A DNA stretch of 64,000 bases from NCBI RefSeq assembly GCF_006345805.1, contig NC_043009.1, forward strand, positions 16,802,001 to 16,866,000, in the 5' to 3' direction. Each line of letters starts with the position of its first letter. The first letter of the stretch is position 1. Below the pieces are notes generated by a model. The model was not told the DNA's origin and did not search any database. It saw only the letters and a list, made by a program, of their open reading frames with translations. Position numbers and translations under genes: made by a program. Source of the stretch: Octopus sinensis (Eukaryota). This document shows, one piece after another, positions 1-12,325 of this stretch.

Positions 1-194
1 AAATGGTAGTGCCAATGGGTGGAAAAGTAATTGCAGACTCCTGCTCTCAAATGATTGCGGCTGGTGAATTGTACCATTGTTAGAAGAATAATGCGGGATG
101 GGTAGTTGGAAAATAAGATGTGGTGTCAAGTATGCTTGACATGGACAAACTATTTGTAGAATCTATCATGGACAAGAATAAGCATGATACTTTT

Positions 195-470
195 AGGACC
201 TCACTTTCGCTGTGACAGACAGGTCTTCTGTGCATGGAAAGTTACCAGTCATTTCAGTCTTTTGTCATCTTCTCCATGATGTTCAATATTTTGAGATCAG
301 TTCTCACTACCTCATCCCATGTCTCCCTGGGTCACCCTCGGCCATAAGTCTCATCCACTCTAAGTGATTGGCACTTCTTTAAGTAGCTGTCTTCATTCAT
401 ATGCATCACACGACCAAATCAATGTCGTCAACTCTTTTGTGAGCTACGTCTGATGCCTCTTGTACCTAAT
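195..470 (-). mobile_element. RTE LINE ORF C-terminal remnant
   Basis: Reverse complement reads GRVMHMNEDSYLKKCQSLRV and is similar to 33430..33600 of the longer RTE copy. Confidence 0.6.
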
Positions 471-695
471 TTTTCTCTCAACACTGAGTGAGTTGGTTAA
501 ATAACTTGACAAAACCTCCTTTATTTACTTCAAGACAAAAGCAAAAAACAACTGGTTCATTGATATTATGTGAATGGGTGACATGTACAGAAATAGCCCT
601 CTCTCTCTCTCTCTCCGCACACACACACACTAATTAATGTATTTAATTGTAATCATTCAACTACTTATCATTTTTATTTTTTATATAATTTTCAG

Positions 696-900
696 GAAAA
701 GCGAGGCATATGTGAAGACACCTTGGCATGCAGTCTGTGTTGGAGACTTAGTACATTTGTCATGCAATGAAGTCATTCCTGCTGACATTTTGTTGTTAAG
801 GTCCAGTGATTCATCTGGCCTTTGTCACATAGAAACAAGCAACGTTGATGGAGAAAACAACCTTAAACAAAGATTCTGTGTACAAGTCAATAAAGAACAG
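696..900 (+). CDS. ATP10: flippase exon 1 in window (A-domain)
   Basis: ttcag|G...GAACAG|gttagt; encodes [34 protein letters not shown]...[23 protein letters not shown]. Confidence 0.93.
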
Positions 901-2409
901 GTTAGTATTGAATGATACTTTACAACCTCATGGCTTCTCAATTTCCAGTCTAACCTTGCAGTTGTCTGTCCTGCAATTGAGATTACATGAATTAGGTAAT
1001 CCAACACCTCAAACATGCATGAGTAACTTAAACTTATTGCTGATCAAGTGTTTGATATTGTTTTCTCTTGTATAAACTAATGCATTTTATATTGTTTTAT
1101 GCTTACAAACTACTATGGTGAAATATATTTTTTATCAAGTAACACCTTTGATAATCAAATAAAATATCTACTTACTTGCTATATGTTTACTTTACTCTTA
1201 TCTAACTTTATTTATTAATTTTTTTAATTTTTAATATTTGCCTTTACTTAATCTGAAAATAGATTACAACAATTGTAACTGGGAGAATATACCTCAGGTG
1301 AACATATGGCATACTAAGTATAAATATGTTACTATCTCAGGTACATAATATAGTGAGTTGAAAAGCTCCAGTTAACTGCAAAATTAAAAATCTAAAACAT
1401 TGCCAGGAGTATTGGGAATTTAAAAACGACAAAAAGATAACACCAAGAAAATAATTTCCTTGCAATTTGGGAAACAATAGATGATGGACTGCAGGAATGG
1501 AACAGTCTTTAAAGCAACAGGCATGTTTTAGTCATGTTTCAGACCCAAGGAATTATATATCATCATATTATCATCATCGTTTAACATCCGCTTTCCATGC
1601 AAGCATGGGTTGGACGATTTTGACTGAGGGCTGGAGAACCAGACGGCTGCACCAGGCTCCAATCTTGATCAGGCAGAGTTTCTACAGCTGGATGCCCTTC
1701 CTAATGCCAACCACTCCGAGAGTGTAGTAGCTGCTTTTTACGTGCCACTAGCACGGGGCCAGTCTGGCAGTACTGGCAATGACCTCACTCAAAACTTTTT
1801 ACACATGCCACCGGCACAGGTGCCAGTAAGGCGATGTTGGTAACGATCACGCTCGAATGGTGCCCTTTTACATGCCACTGGTATGGAGCCAGTTGGCTGC
1901 TCTGGCAACGATCACACTCAGATGGTGCTCTTGGCACCCTACTAGCACGGGCACAAGTGCCAGTAAGGCGGCTCTGGTAACGATCACACTCGAATGGTGC
2001 CCTTTTATGTGCCACTGGCATGGAAGCCGGTTAGCCGCTCTATCAACAATCACCCTCGTATGGTGCTCTTTGCACCCCGCTATCACGGATGCCAGTCGTC
2101 GAATTTGATTTTGATTTTGATATATATATATATCAGAAATACTAAATTTCTAAATCTCTCGTAGAGACATGTACAGTGGTGGGGCGATAGAATGGTTGTA
2201 TACTGTCAATCTAACATGAACGTGACAGTAGGGGAGTACACCATGCTGTTTAGCCCTAGGAAGCATCGACGCCTCCTGATGGCTTTGACACATTTTTCCT
2301 GTGTCCTTATATACATTTACGAAGGGGAGACAAATACCCTTCCTAGGGCTAAACAGCGGTGGTGTACCCCCCTACTGTCATGTTCATGTTAGATTGACAG
2401 TATACAACT

Positions 2410-2445
<36 letters not shown>

Positions 2446-2999
2446 GTATAGACAGTCATGTGCAATGTGTTACCAAAAAAGAAAACTATAGTGTCACTAA
2501 ATATGACGAGGGTGTTACAACACCTACGTTGCTGTGAATAAGAGCTAAAAATCTTCATTCCTGTAGTTAAAGCACATTATCATATACATATGTATTGACA
2601 GGGGCTGTAATCACCCGAAAACACCAGTTCAGAAATTCCTGATACTGATGAGTTGGTTTGGGCTAAATCCATAGCCTCATCAGTATTTATACATATTAAT
2701 CATCATCATCATTGTTTCATGTCCATTTTTCATACTGGCATGGGGTGGACAGTTTGATTGGGGACTGGCAAGCCAGGAGGCTGCATCCGGCTCTAATCTG
2801 ATCTGGCAAAGTTTCTACAAGTGGATGCACTTCCTAACACCAACCACTCCGAGAGTGTAGTGGGTGCTTTTTACATGCCAATGGCACAGTAGCCAGTCAG
2901 GCAGTACTGGCATTGGCCATGTTCAGATGGTGCTTTGTACGTGCCACCGGCACAGAGAGACAATCGCATGGCACACACACATATATACATGCACACACA

Positions 3000-3039
<40 letters not shown>

Positions 3040-5867
3040 GAGAGAGTTGGTATGTAAACACACATGGTTGGTTGTATAAAAGACAAATTAGAATGGTTAA
3101 AGAATATATTTCAATCGTCGTGTTAAAAAATGTTATAAAATTTCATGTTAGTGACATTGCTTTTGGAGAAATAACCAGTTTGGTATTTCTTTTCAAATTT
3201 CTCAAATTTCTTTACCGATATTCTGTCATCTCTTTGCTATGGTGGGGAGATGTCCAAACAGGGAGAGGTAAGCAGGGTTTTTTTTTTTTTTTGGTATATG
3301 ACAGATAATCAAAAATGTACAGAAGGATTAGGTTCTAATGATTTAGCATGATTTGAATTTGATAGAATAGAATGGTAGGAGTGGTTAAGTTTTGCTTTAT
3401 ATTTTTCAATGAGGTAAGTTTCCTTACTTATATGTGTGTGTATATATATATATATATATATACACACACAAACATATATACATACATATATATATATACA
3501 TACATATATATATACATATATATGTATATATATATATATAAAATTAGAAAAAACCCACCTTTTATCAATTCAAAATGAAAAATTAAATTATACCATCTAG
3601 AAAATTACATATAATAGAAAAATTAAAATTAAAATAACAATAAAATGTCAGAGATAAAGTAAATTGCAAAAAATAATAATAAAAATGTATATAATAGGTA
3701 GAAAAATGACACGTGTTTCGTGGTTATTATTTAAGAAATGATTATAGTAGTAGAGAAATCACTTCGATATAAATATAGTCGCTCATCAGGTATATATATA
3801 CACATATATACACTATATATATATATATATATATAATATATATATATATACATACATGTATACACTATATATACATACATGCATACGTATATATATATAT
3901 ATACACACACACATATATATACACATATATATACACACAAATATATATATACATATATATATATCTATACACACAAATATATATATATATATATACACAC
4001 TTGTACTTGTGGCAACATTCACCCTGGGTGGGTTGAGTTGGCTTCTTCTAGCACCCTCGAGGCATCTTGGACCATGGCAGCTCATACACAACGGTCCTGC
4101 ACCAGTTCACTGGAATTAGTGAGCCAGTCACGGTTCCATCGGCACAGGCCAACCACCTGCAGTCCCGTGAGCATGGAGAGGTCCTCCTTGATTGTCATAA
4201 CCCAGGTCTTCAGCTGCCCACCCACGTGTTTCCGCCAGTTGGGAAGTGGAGTTGGGAGAAGGACATCACGGTTCAGTTCACCCACTGGATGCCTACATGC
4301 ATGGCCAAACCACCACAAACACCATTGCAGAAGGACAGATGATCAACCTCAGCTGCACCCCAAGGTCCATCCCCTCCTCACTGTGGTGGGGACACTGGCA
4401 ACAGGTAGTGTCAGAGCTATGCCGTCGGGAACTTCGGTTCCTGGTAGGGCCACCCAAGGCGGATTGGTCTGACACCGAGTAGTATTAGGGCCACAACCCG
4501 ACAGACGGGGCTCTGGTAAAAATCCTCGGAGTGTCTGTTTTGGCAACCGGTGGCTCCTCGGTCATTCTGTCCCTGTGTCTGCAGGCAATCTGCGGCAAAC
4601 AGGATGTCTCTACATGCAGGATTGTTGGGGACCACTTGTGAAATCCACATATTTCCACGAAACTTCTTCCATGAATTCTCCATGGTGAATACAATGTTGA
4701 ATTCTCGCTCGACTACTACTACTACTGCTACTGCCACTTCAAGTACTACACAAATCTACCCAAGCCCTGCTATTGCTCTACCACTATTTCGCGTAGAAAG
4801 GACCTGAGGGTAGCATGCTGGAACGTCAGAACACATCGTGACGACAGTGTCCAGGCATTTACGATGAAGGCTCTGCACAGGTACCACATGGCCGTTGCTT
4901 GTCTTTCAGAAGTGTGGCTTGCGGACGTCGGCCATCTTCCGATTAAAGTCCCCACCGAAGAATTCATCTACCAGCTATATCACAGTGGTGTGACTGATAA
5001 CAGTGGCCTCCATGGGGTGGCTATAGTGCTCAGCCCTGACGCACAAGCGGCTTTCCTAGCGTGGCAGCCAATCTCGCATCGACTCACACTAGTTCAATTG
5101 AAGGGTCAAATCTCCAATGTCCACACATACGCACACACGCCCATATATGTACATACCCGCACATGTTTATATGCGCATACACAAAAAAAGATTATACATA
5201 CGCCCCCCCCCCAAAAAAAAACGGAAAAAATTGATTACTTATATGAACTAAAGGCGTGTTTTGCCAATGTTTACATCGGTATGCACGCTCTGTAACTGTG
5301 TTTACTAGGGGATTTTTAGAAAAAATAATGAAAAATAGTTCAGAATTAGATAGAAGACAGAATTCCTTGCCTTTGTCATAAGGTATTGAGATTGAGAGAA
5401 TCAACGATTCTAAATTAAATTGTTCATTGTGGTCTTTTAGATCCCAAATTAATTTACTGAGCCCTGTACTGTTACGTTTATTCCTATCCCTAAATGCTGA
5501 GTAATGGATAGAAGTTCTTTGAGATAACTGTAACGACATACTTCCAATGTAAAATCATACTTTATTACGAGTACTGATTATACACTGGTATATAGAATTT
5601 TTGATTTTAGAATTACTTAACATAAACTTAATTCTGTTGGAATTCACTTCAGATACAATAACCTTGTTATCAATATTTCTAGAGGGATGGAGGTATTTAG
5701 CTAAATTAATGATAGTATTAGTAAATGTATTAATATTTAACAGTTTGTTATTATGTGAAGAGATAATTTGTAAGATTTTTTGTGTTTGAAAAACCAATCC
5801 TAACCGTATGTCAATTGATAATAGAGTAATACCTAGAATATTACTCATGTATGTATATATATACACA

Positions 5868-5916
<49 letters not shown>

Positions 5917-7175
5917 ATATGTATATATATATATGTGTGTATATGTATATATATATATGTGTGTATATGTATATATATATAATATATGTGTGTATATGTA
6001 TATATATGTGTGTATATGTATATATATATATGTGTGTATATGTATATATATATGTGTGTGTGTGTATATGTATATATATATATACACGTATATATGTGTA
6101 TATGTATATATACACGTGTATGTGTATATATATATATATGTATATACACGTGTATATGTATATATACACATATATACACATATATACATATACACGTGTA
6201 TATATATATATATATATATATGTATATACACATATATGTATATGTATATATATATATATATGTATATATATATACACGTATATATTGTATATTTATATGT
6301 ATACACATATATGTATGTATATATAAACACATACAGTTATATATATATTTATACACAGAGACATGTGCACATGAATGGTAGTAGTGTGTGATGAAGTGAT
6401 GCCAGTTATGACTAGAAATAATATAACCAAAGGAATATATCTCAGAAAAGCACTCAGATAATCCAAGTTAATTGAGATTTTCATCTTAGTAGATTGCAGA
6501 CGTGGGAGCCTACCATATTAGTATTACAGTAATTAACTTGTATTTGAGTGTATAGTTCCTTTGTTTAAAAGGTTTCAGACTCTGGAATTGTAGTCATTCT
6601 ATAGCTCTGAAGGTGTGCTCACGAGAAAGACAATACCTGGAAAAAAGAGAATTTTTTTTATTGTATACATTATAGATTAATTTTTATGAGAATGTGCTCT
6701 ATAGGCAGATGTTAGCTTTTTTTTTTCTAACACAAAAGATTCAACAGTGAAGGGTGGTAGCAAGAATTATGTTTTTTCACTTGGCTATGATCCACTTCTT
6801 AGCAAAAATATGTGCCAATCAAAACAAAAGGTTTCCATAAAACTCTTTTCATTTTGCTCCTAGGGGAAAGAAATATTTTCATGCAGCTTGTTGAATAGAA
6901 ATGAGCAAACTGAATTAGGAAGCCTGATGAATCATGCATGGTTGGGGCACATTAAAAAAACGTGTCAGTTTACTGAGCACCTGTCCCCAAAATATCAATG
7001 ACTGTTCTTAAAATATTACTATTGACTGGAGCATGTATTCTCTGTCCTAGAGTTTTTTTAAAATACTAAATGAATTTAATTTCTTTTACCTCAATTGTTT
7101 CAGAATGTGTTGTAGGATTTGTTAGAAATAAGTCTGTGTTAGCTTTATGTTGTTAATTTATCTTTGGAATTTTTG

Positions 7176-7215
<40 letters not shown>

Positions 7216-8004
7216 TATATATATGTATGTATGTATGTATGTATGACAGGCTTCTTTCAGTTTCTGCCTACCAAAGCCACTCACAAGGCTTTGGTTGGCC
7301 CATAGCTATATTGGAAGACACTTGCCCAAGGTGACATGCAGTGGGACCGAACCTGGAACTGTGTGGTTGGTAAGTAAACTTATTACCACACACCCACTCC
7401 TGCATCTATCTATCTATCTATCTATATATATATATATATATATGTATATTATTCCTGGTTATGACATTAAACTGCATCCGATGGTAAGGCTCCATTTCAG
7501 GAGTTGTGAGGAGCATGGTGTCGCCCCTTATTTACTATTACACTCGGCTCCATTCTGATCTGAAAGGGTAGTACCTATCAGGATCCCATCTATAAGTTAA
7601 ATAAATTTCTCTGGGTTAGAGAAGGCCCCTGTTATTTTTGACGAAACCCAAGGAGGCAGCTTTTCTAAGAGAATGATATTCTGACATAAAACTTGCAGTC
7701 AAAATAGTACCAGTTATATTGGGATGTTTGTGACTGGAACCTACTCTGTTGATCAAGAGAGCGACAACAGTGGTGTCCAAGCTTTTGTTGCTTAAATCCA
7801 ATGATGTACAGATGTCTCACTATCATTTCATTCCTTGATCCATCTGGTATTTTATAAAGTCTTATGGCAATGGATGTATAACAGTAAGTTATATCCATGC
7901 ACATGCAGGGATGAAAGTAAATGAGGACATTGACATTCAGTGTGGCATGGCTTTCATCTGACAAGATGAGACAGTCATCATATATATATATGTGTGTATG
8001 TATG

Positions 8005-8043
<39 letters not shown>

Positions 8044-9955
8044 TGTATATATAATCTTTGTGTGTGTATAAATATACACAGGCTTGCACCTAAATATGCT
8101 AACCTAGTTATAGGATACTTCAAAGAAATACTTTATGGGGAGGTAGAGAGAGGTTTTAATTGTGATTGTAGGAAATACATCATTAAAAAGTGGAAACTCC
8201 TCCTCAGTTACTGCTTCATTTTTTGGGACAGATCAGATAAGGACCTACAAATATTTAATAATATGCTCAATACACTTCACTTATCCATCAAATTCATAAT
8301 AGAAACCACTTGCATTCTTAGATATCCACATAAAAATATACAACTCCAGTCACAACAGACATATTTTACTAAAAAATGGACACACACTTATATTAGTACT
8401 ATAGTGATTGACCCAAACAGATGTCAAATCCAACTCAATGAGCTCAAAAGCTTCCTAACAAAATAGAATTAGTAGATGATGGAATTAAAAAGGCGATGAA
8501 ACTGAACATCACACAACTAAGGACACTAAAGGAAAAAAATTAATGAACACACGATTCCATTTATCACACTCCTGGGGTAGCCAACATCTTTCACGCCATA
8601 AAATCAAACCTACCTATACTTCTACAATGCCCCATTTACCCTTGATTACATGTATATAGAGAATATATTGAATTATAAACAGTACGAAATTCAAATTATT
8701 TTCTTATATTTCGACTTTATTTTCCTAATTTATGATTGTTGTACTAATATTTAATGTTTGTTCATGCAAAACATGGAATTACACAGAATGTGGGATTTGA
8801 CTATACAAGTGTAAAGGAATATAGATTTTCATAGGACTTTGACCACACCCTCCCTTCTTTCCTTATCTTTCCTATCCTACTTCCTAAAATTGACATCTTG
8901 AAATGTCACCTGCCCTTGTGAAGAAATGTGTTTATCTACTACATATGTGGAAAATTCTGTCTGTGAGTGTGTTTGTTTGTGGGTTTGTTATCTAACTCCT
9001 CCTACATCGTTTTATCGATTTTTATGAAACTTGACACATGAGTAGAACTCATGTCTAGAAACCTCGTGACATACTTAGATTGTTGAAAAAAAATTCATGA
9101 TAGGTCCCCTGGAAGGGATCCTTATATCTACTGTATATAACAAGTATATTTTATTTAAACATCCAAGGGAAATAACCCATTCACTTCTAGAAGGGATCCT
9201 TAATATAGCCAAGGAAAATAACCCATACATCTTCGTAAGTTATTTGGTATAAATCAAGAGTATGCTTATTTCTTAGTACTCGAAGTATTAAAGTTATTTT
9301 CGCAATTTGTCCAGTACAATGCTTAAAGAAGTAAATAGTAGTAGATCCATTTATTTCAGTTAGTGACTTATTCACAAATATACCAACACTAGTGCCGCTG
9401 AGGGTATTATTCTCTGGGAACGCACAAAAGCCCTTTTCAGAGTTATTTACTTTGAATTGTTATTATCTCATTTCTGATTAGCCTGTTATTATGAAACGTA
9501 CCTCATGATTTTAGTATACATACCTTATTAGTATTTCCTCCTAAGTTCTATATACTCTGGGAATGCATTATTTGAATTCTTACTACCAGGTAACTAATTT
9601 CATGTTATTACATAACTGACTTCACAATTTCAGTATTCATAACTTATTAGGAATTCCTAAAAACAAGATCCTGTGTAAGACAGTTTTGTATTCTATGTAA
9701 ATGCACAAAAACCATTTTAAGGGCTACATACTTTGTATTGTTGTTACTGGATTAGTGAAATAATTCTGAGAACGGAACTAAGGGATAAACCCCACTTTCC
9801 CAGGAATTACTGGGTGTGTCAGCTAGTTTACAAACTTGTTGATAGGTATACAAGAAAGGAAAGAGGAGGATAAGAAAAAAGAAGAAAAAAGAAAAATGCT
9901 TTGTATAGAATTTCAGTGGGTTGACCACATCAAATTGAAAAGAAACTTCTCTCTT

Positions 9956-10004
<49 letters not shown>

Positions 10005-12289
10005 ATATCTGTTTGTCTGTCTATCTTTCTATCTATCTTTTCCCCATCCTTTATTATTTTTTTCCCTCTTTCTTGATTGTCCTGAAACCTCGCTTTCTGT
10101 CTATTTTTTCTCCTCCTCTTTGTTTTTTTTCTTTCTTTCCTCCTTTTTCCAAAACAACAAAAATATTTTTCTCTTCTTCTAAACAAAATAAGAAAGAAAC
10201 CATCTGATTCATAATAAATGAACAATGGAACCTTCTGTTCCATTTTGGTTTTGTCTTGATAAGTTTGATAAACAAACAAAAGTGCTAATAAAGAATTATC
10301 CAAAATTCTAACTGCCTCCTTTTTCTCAATATATGTCTATATATATATATATCTATATAAATATAATATATATAACAAAGCAGGAAAATGGAAGTTTTTG
10401 TATTATTCATTCTCCATTACATGTGTTTCATTTGCTAATAAAAAGAACGAAACTCTGTAATGGAGAACAAATGATACCAAAGTATTTCTGTTTTCCTGTT
10501 TTGTTGTTCAGCAACTGTGCAAATAATATTTCCATGATTCTCAATTTTAATGTGTTTCAACTCACATACTACAGTAACTATGGGTACCTATTGGTTATGG
10601 TAATGGAATAAGCAGGTGTGCATTAAGAAGAAACAGCTGGGATTTACACTAGCTACATATATATGTGTGTGTGTATAGATATACTAGCATTATGACCTGG
10701 TGTTGCTGGGTCATAGTGCTAGTGCATGTATATATGTGTATATATATGTGTACATCTATATATATACATTTACACATAAAATACAAAATATAAAGTTATA
10801 TCTTGATATCGCTAGTGATAACAATACTCAAAATATATAACAGACTGGAATTGTCGGCCCGTCTCCTGCAATTTCGATCAATTGTATCTTGTCCTCTCTC
10901 TTGTATAGAAGTGTGGCTACAATCCAGCCTACCTCTACTTCTGGGGGGACATTTTAAATTTTTATCTGGGACTTAGGACGTCCCAGATATAAAGGTAAAA
11001 ATAAAATATTTCCACTTTGCAAGGTTCGAGTCAAGTACTCCCTTGCACACTCCGTTGACTCGAACCTTGCTTCTATTGTGGCAAATTTACCGCCTCTGGT
11101 TAGATATCTTTCATAGTCACACCAAGACACTTTTCGATGGTGCTTTCCTCCAGGTGTTCAAATCTTTTTTTTTCTCTACATTGTATACTTTATGGATAAT
11201 AGTCTTTTCTTTAATGTAATTTTTTATTTCGTTTGGTGGTATTATCCTAGATTCACCGTCTTTGTCGGTGATCAATCCGAAATAGGTTTATATTTCTTCC
11301 ATTTTAATTTTAATGAGTTCGCGCCCACCAACGGCTGCAGGGAAATTCATTTTTGGACTTTCTTCTATTGAAGGCATTTTAACAAAAGTGCTTCCGTATA
11401 AACGGTGAAAATATTGTCAATTTCCCCCAACAAGGACACAATTCAATTTTTAAACAGTAACCAAAGCTCCTCCCAAAGGGGGAGGGTTACGGTTTACAAT
11501 TATTTAACAAATGCAACACAACAACGCTTCCCTTACGAGGAACCAACAAACGTGATAACAATAGTTAAACAGTGATAATAATAACAACAAACTTTACGGT
11601 GAATCAAATAGCAGTATGCAGTAGAAGCTTATAGTCCTTTATGTATAAGAAATAAACCAACAGCAGTACTCTGTAGAAGCGGCTGTTCGAGAAAACAGAC
11701 ATTACATACAGCCAAACTTCATATAGATACTTAATGCTAGCTAATTAGCAGATAATCTAATGTAAAAGCTGTGGTAAAAGGTATGTGCACAGCTCCATCT
11801 GGACTATTCCATTTCTGCACACTAATTCTATTTTTAATTTATTCCCATTCCTGTGAAACCACTTATTCAAGTTCATGTCATTGATGCAATTTTATACCAA
11901 TTGCTATTTTTACTTTTAATTATGTTACGATTTAATTATTATATTATACTTTAGTTTGATTTTAATTATTACTTACTACATATAATTCAATTGTTATTAT
12001 TATCTTTAATTTTTATTGTTAAAGTGAAAGTATCTGACATAAAATAGAGAAATGTTTTTGTTTCACTTTTAACACGTAATACTGAAATAGTGGAGAAGAT
12101 ATGATATTGCTGTGGGCTCGCCCTAGGCAAAAAGTAAAAAAGTTTTTTTGCTAATGACACTCCCCGGACCCTAAGTAAGGCATGTGTAAAATTTGAATGA
12201 AATTGGTTGTGTAGTTCTCAGGTTTTAGGGAAACGCACAGACAGACAGACAGACACACATTCTCAGTTTTATATATATAGAGATGTAGG

Positions 12290-12325
<36 letters not shown>

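Noticed and set aside
1790-2097. CRISPR-like repeat-spacer array
   Set aside because: The context is a eukaryotic intron, the units are degenerate along their whole length, there are no unique spacers, and no cas genes are present.
2642-2686. CTGATGA within an 11-bp hairpin
   Set aside because: No stem II followed by GAAA, and the upstream GAAA is too close to form stems I and III; not a hammerhead.
4027-4087. Possible HDV-like ribozyme at the RTE 5' end (tgagttg/cagctca as P2, gct/agc as P3)
   Set aside because: P1 is only 4-5 bp, and there is no convincing P1.1 or J4/2 catalytic C-R-A. Not called; left to a computational search.
3879-4472. 197-aa plus-strand ORF
   Set aside because: It starts in a microsatellite and runs through the GC-rich RTE 5' UTR with no recognisable domain. 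A small ORF1 cannot be excluded but is unsupported.
5555-6391. Long ORFs rich in Y/I/H/T/V/C/M (also ~3731..4119, 54463..54848, 56736..57683)
   Set aside because: They are translations of TA/CA/TG microsatellites, which lack stop codons in several frames; not genes.
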